Part shown: positions 61,512-64,000 of the stretch, piece by piece
Numbering within the stretch: the stretch's first letter is position 1
Layout: each line of letters starts with the position of its first letter
Assembly: GCA_004431415.1 (NCBI GenBank)
Contig: QPMI01000441.1
Span: 1 to 64,000, forward strand
Origin: Cyanophora paradoxa CCMP329
Lineage: Eukaryota > Plantae > Glaucophyta
DNA: 64,000 bases
Direction: 5' to 3'
Notes under the pieces: model-generated
Seen by the model: only the letters and a program-made list of their open reading frames with translations
Told to the model about the DNA's origin: nothing
The model's database searches: none
Position numbers and translations under genes: made by a program

Positions 61512-62582
61512 CCGGCCGGCGCCCCGAGCCCCATCCGCGATCGATCCGCGCCTGCAGGTACAGTCCCCTCCTCTGCAACTGGAGGCTCCAGAAGCGCTAC
61601 GGCTTCATCATTCCGAACAACCCCCTCGACCTCGTCAAGGCGGCGACCTCGGCCCTTTTCAGCGCGGACCGGGCCTGGCTAACGGGCGACGGCGCGCGCA
61701 GGTCAAAGCTTCCGACGTTCTCGCGGTCGTAGGGCCGGCGCTGCGCGCGAAGGAGATCGGAGAGGAGGAGTGGAAGAGGAGGGAGGCTCTGCTGCGCGAG
61801 AAGGGCTTCTGGAGGCGCCCGCGCTTTCTATTACCTGCCTGCGAGCTCGTGGGTAACAGCTAAGGTGCAGGGGCATGGCGATTGAAGCGGACGGAGCGCC
61901 GAACCCCATCCTGAAGCGGTGCATGCCCAGAATCGCAGCGCTCTCGCGAAGCTCTGGCTAAGTGAGGTTCGTGTTGTTGCGCAGGGCCGTCTGTGTGGCG
62001 AGCCTCCGGCGGAAGGTTCGTTGCAATTGGGGCCTTGGGACGACTAGGACTGGGGCGCACCGTACCGGACCGGTCTGCGCCGAGAGCCGCTGAGTCTCGA
62101 GTCGCAAAGGCGGAGGGAAGCGACGAGGAGTGGGCGGCCCGGCTGCAGGCGGTCTTGGACGGCAAGTTCTCGCAGGGCGTCACGCCCGACGATGCGAAGG
62201 TGAGGGGCCCCGGCCAAGGGTTGTCCGGCCGACCTCGCGTGACCCGTGGTGCAGCGCTCGGCCGCGCTCCTGACGCAGGTCTTCAAGCGGGCCCAGGCGC
62301 GGCTCGCTGGCTCCGAGGCGGTGCGCGCCGCGCTCAGACCCTGCCGACGCTCCTTTGCATAAACGACCGCCGCGCTTGTGAGCAGGAGGACGACCGGCTG
62401 CTGCGGGACGACTCGCTGCGGCCGACGGCGCGGGCGGCGGTCGAGTGGCGGCGCGAGCAGCGGCGGCTCGTGCAGGTGCGCGCGCGGGACCGGCCCGCGC
62501 GCTCCCGTCTCACCGCCGCAACCACAGCGCATCTTCGTCCAGCGTCAGCGGAAGGCTCCCCCGACGGCGGCGTCGAACTGAT
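59839..62582 (+). CDS. SET-domain protein methyltransferase, Rubisco-LSMT/SETD3-like (multi-exon)
   Basis: FVLWMRENG..GVGLRATR, SFWRPYL/DLLP, LVPLADMANH, GDQIFIEY, RYGF; ends approximate. Confidence 0.85.
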
Positions 62583-64000
62583 CATGAGGCCGTCGGCGGC
62601 CGTTCGTGCCGGTGTTCAACCCCCCGCCCCCCCCCTCCACCCCCCCCCTTCCCCCCCCTTCCCCCTCCACCCCCCCCTTCCCCCCCCCGCCCCCCCTTCC
62701 CCTGCTCCTCCATTTTCCTTTTCACATCGCCGTCTTCGGCCCCCCTTGAATTTAGACACCCACTGGGCCCTCCCTAGGCCTCTCCCCACAGAGCCTGGCC
62801 GGGGGGGGGGGGGGGGGGAGGGGAGGGGGAGGGGGGAAGGGGGGAGGGGGGAGGGGGGAGGGGGGAGGGGGGTTCCGGTCCGGCACCGCCCACGCCCTGT
62901 CTCTCTGTAGCCCCCCAGCTGCAGCAGCGCCCCCGGCTCGCACTCGGAGTCTCTGGCTTCATATTCCGATGCCAACGCACAATTTATTTCACTCGGTTCT
63001 GAGGAGATGATCATGAAACAGCACTGGCTGCATGCATCGACGCATGTGAAATTCTCTGAGGGCCATGGCCCGCGTCGCTCGCGAGCAGAGGGCTAATATT
63101 AATCCCAGATGACGGGCCCGCGGTGGACTCCAACCCCCAGGCGCGCCCTCTCCCCCTTTTGCTGTACCCCCTCGCCACGCCTCGGCGGAGTGGTTAGAGC
63201 GGGCTACGGGCTACGGGCCTCGCCGCGTCGACTCTCCACTTGCTGGCTACGGGTTCGATTCCAAGGGGAACGAATTTCCGATCCGTGTGGCGTGGCTGAA
63301 CGTGAAAAGGTTCAAATCCCGGAAACCGACTTCGATGGCTTCCGTGACATGCCCGGCCTCGCCGAGTCGAATCCGGGCGGACCCCGTAGCGGCACTCACC
63401 TTCGAGGTGCGGGCCGTCCAGTGCGCCATAGCTATAGTAACGCGCAGAGGGAGCAGGCTGCGGTTAAGGGTCACCATGCGCATGCCCGTCGCGGCCCGGT
63501 CCGATAACCCCGACAGGGGAGCAAAATGGGTTTTTTTGCTGTACCTCCTCTCACGCCCGCGCACTGCGGCAGGAGGCGAGTACTAGTGGGGAAAGCGGGC
63601 GGCCGCGGGCGGGTAGGGCGGGGGCGGAGGCCGCGGCTGCGGCGCGGGCCCGGGCCCGGGCTCCGATTGATAGTTTGCGAATTAGCGTTGCATTTGGGCA
63701 CGACAAATGCAGTGCGTGTGCACATTTGTTGCAGCTGATTTAATTTCGAATTCTCTGAATTCTGATTTCGAAATTGTTGCATCTCAGGCTTCGAATTCAG
63801 CAGGGGACCGAGACGTTGAAGGCGGAGGGGTACCACCGCCGGCGAATCCTTCCCAGCCGGCCACGATGGACCCTGCGCATGCGCCCGGCCCCCTCTCACT
63901 TGGCACTACAGTAATTTCCCCATCCCCCCTTCCCGATCAACTATATAGCCATGCGGGGCCTCCATTAAAAACCAAAAAACGGCCACCCTCACGCCTTCGT

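Noticed and set aside
1-64000. rRNA or tRNA genes
   Set aside because: None recognised by eye; a covariance-model scan was not possible.

Overview
This is a eukaryotic (protist or alga-like) genomic window with two distinct parts. Positions ~105-13,390 are an AT-rich, intron-free endogenous DNA-virus-like island. It has two near-identical arms (105-3254 and 4555-7693) in inverted orientation. Both end at the same 95-nt fold-back terminus (28-bp stem, tandem G.A mismatches, GCGAAGC apex) and flank a 1,300-bp internal piece of a Prim-Pol/D5 primase gene. The element carries subterminal repeat arrays, a prokaryote-type AdoMet decarboxylase, a DUF723-like Zn protein, four paralogous fibre-like genes (shared N-terminus; two with C1q-like tips) and a long HxH-repeat fibre gene. 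No capsid, polymerase or integrase gene is visible. The rest is GC-rich host DNA with many short introns. It holds degenerate LRR genes (one with LRR-SAM-TIR parts), a ~21-kb minus-strand gene that reads as a TIR-TIR-TM-coiled coil-propeller-FN3-CUB/Kelch receptor with bacterial-style linker motifs, an ankyrin gene, a SET (LSMT/SETD3-like) gene, several hAT and TA-target MITEs and a ~950-bp foldback element. Domain calls are from motif recognition by eye and exon boundaries are approximate.
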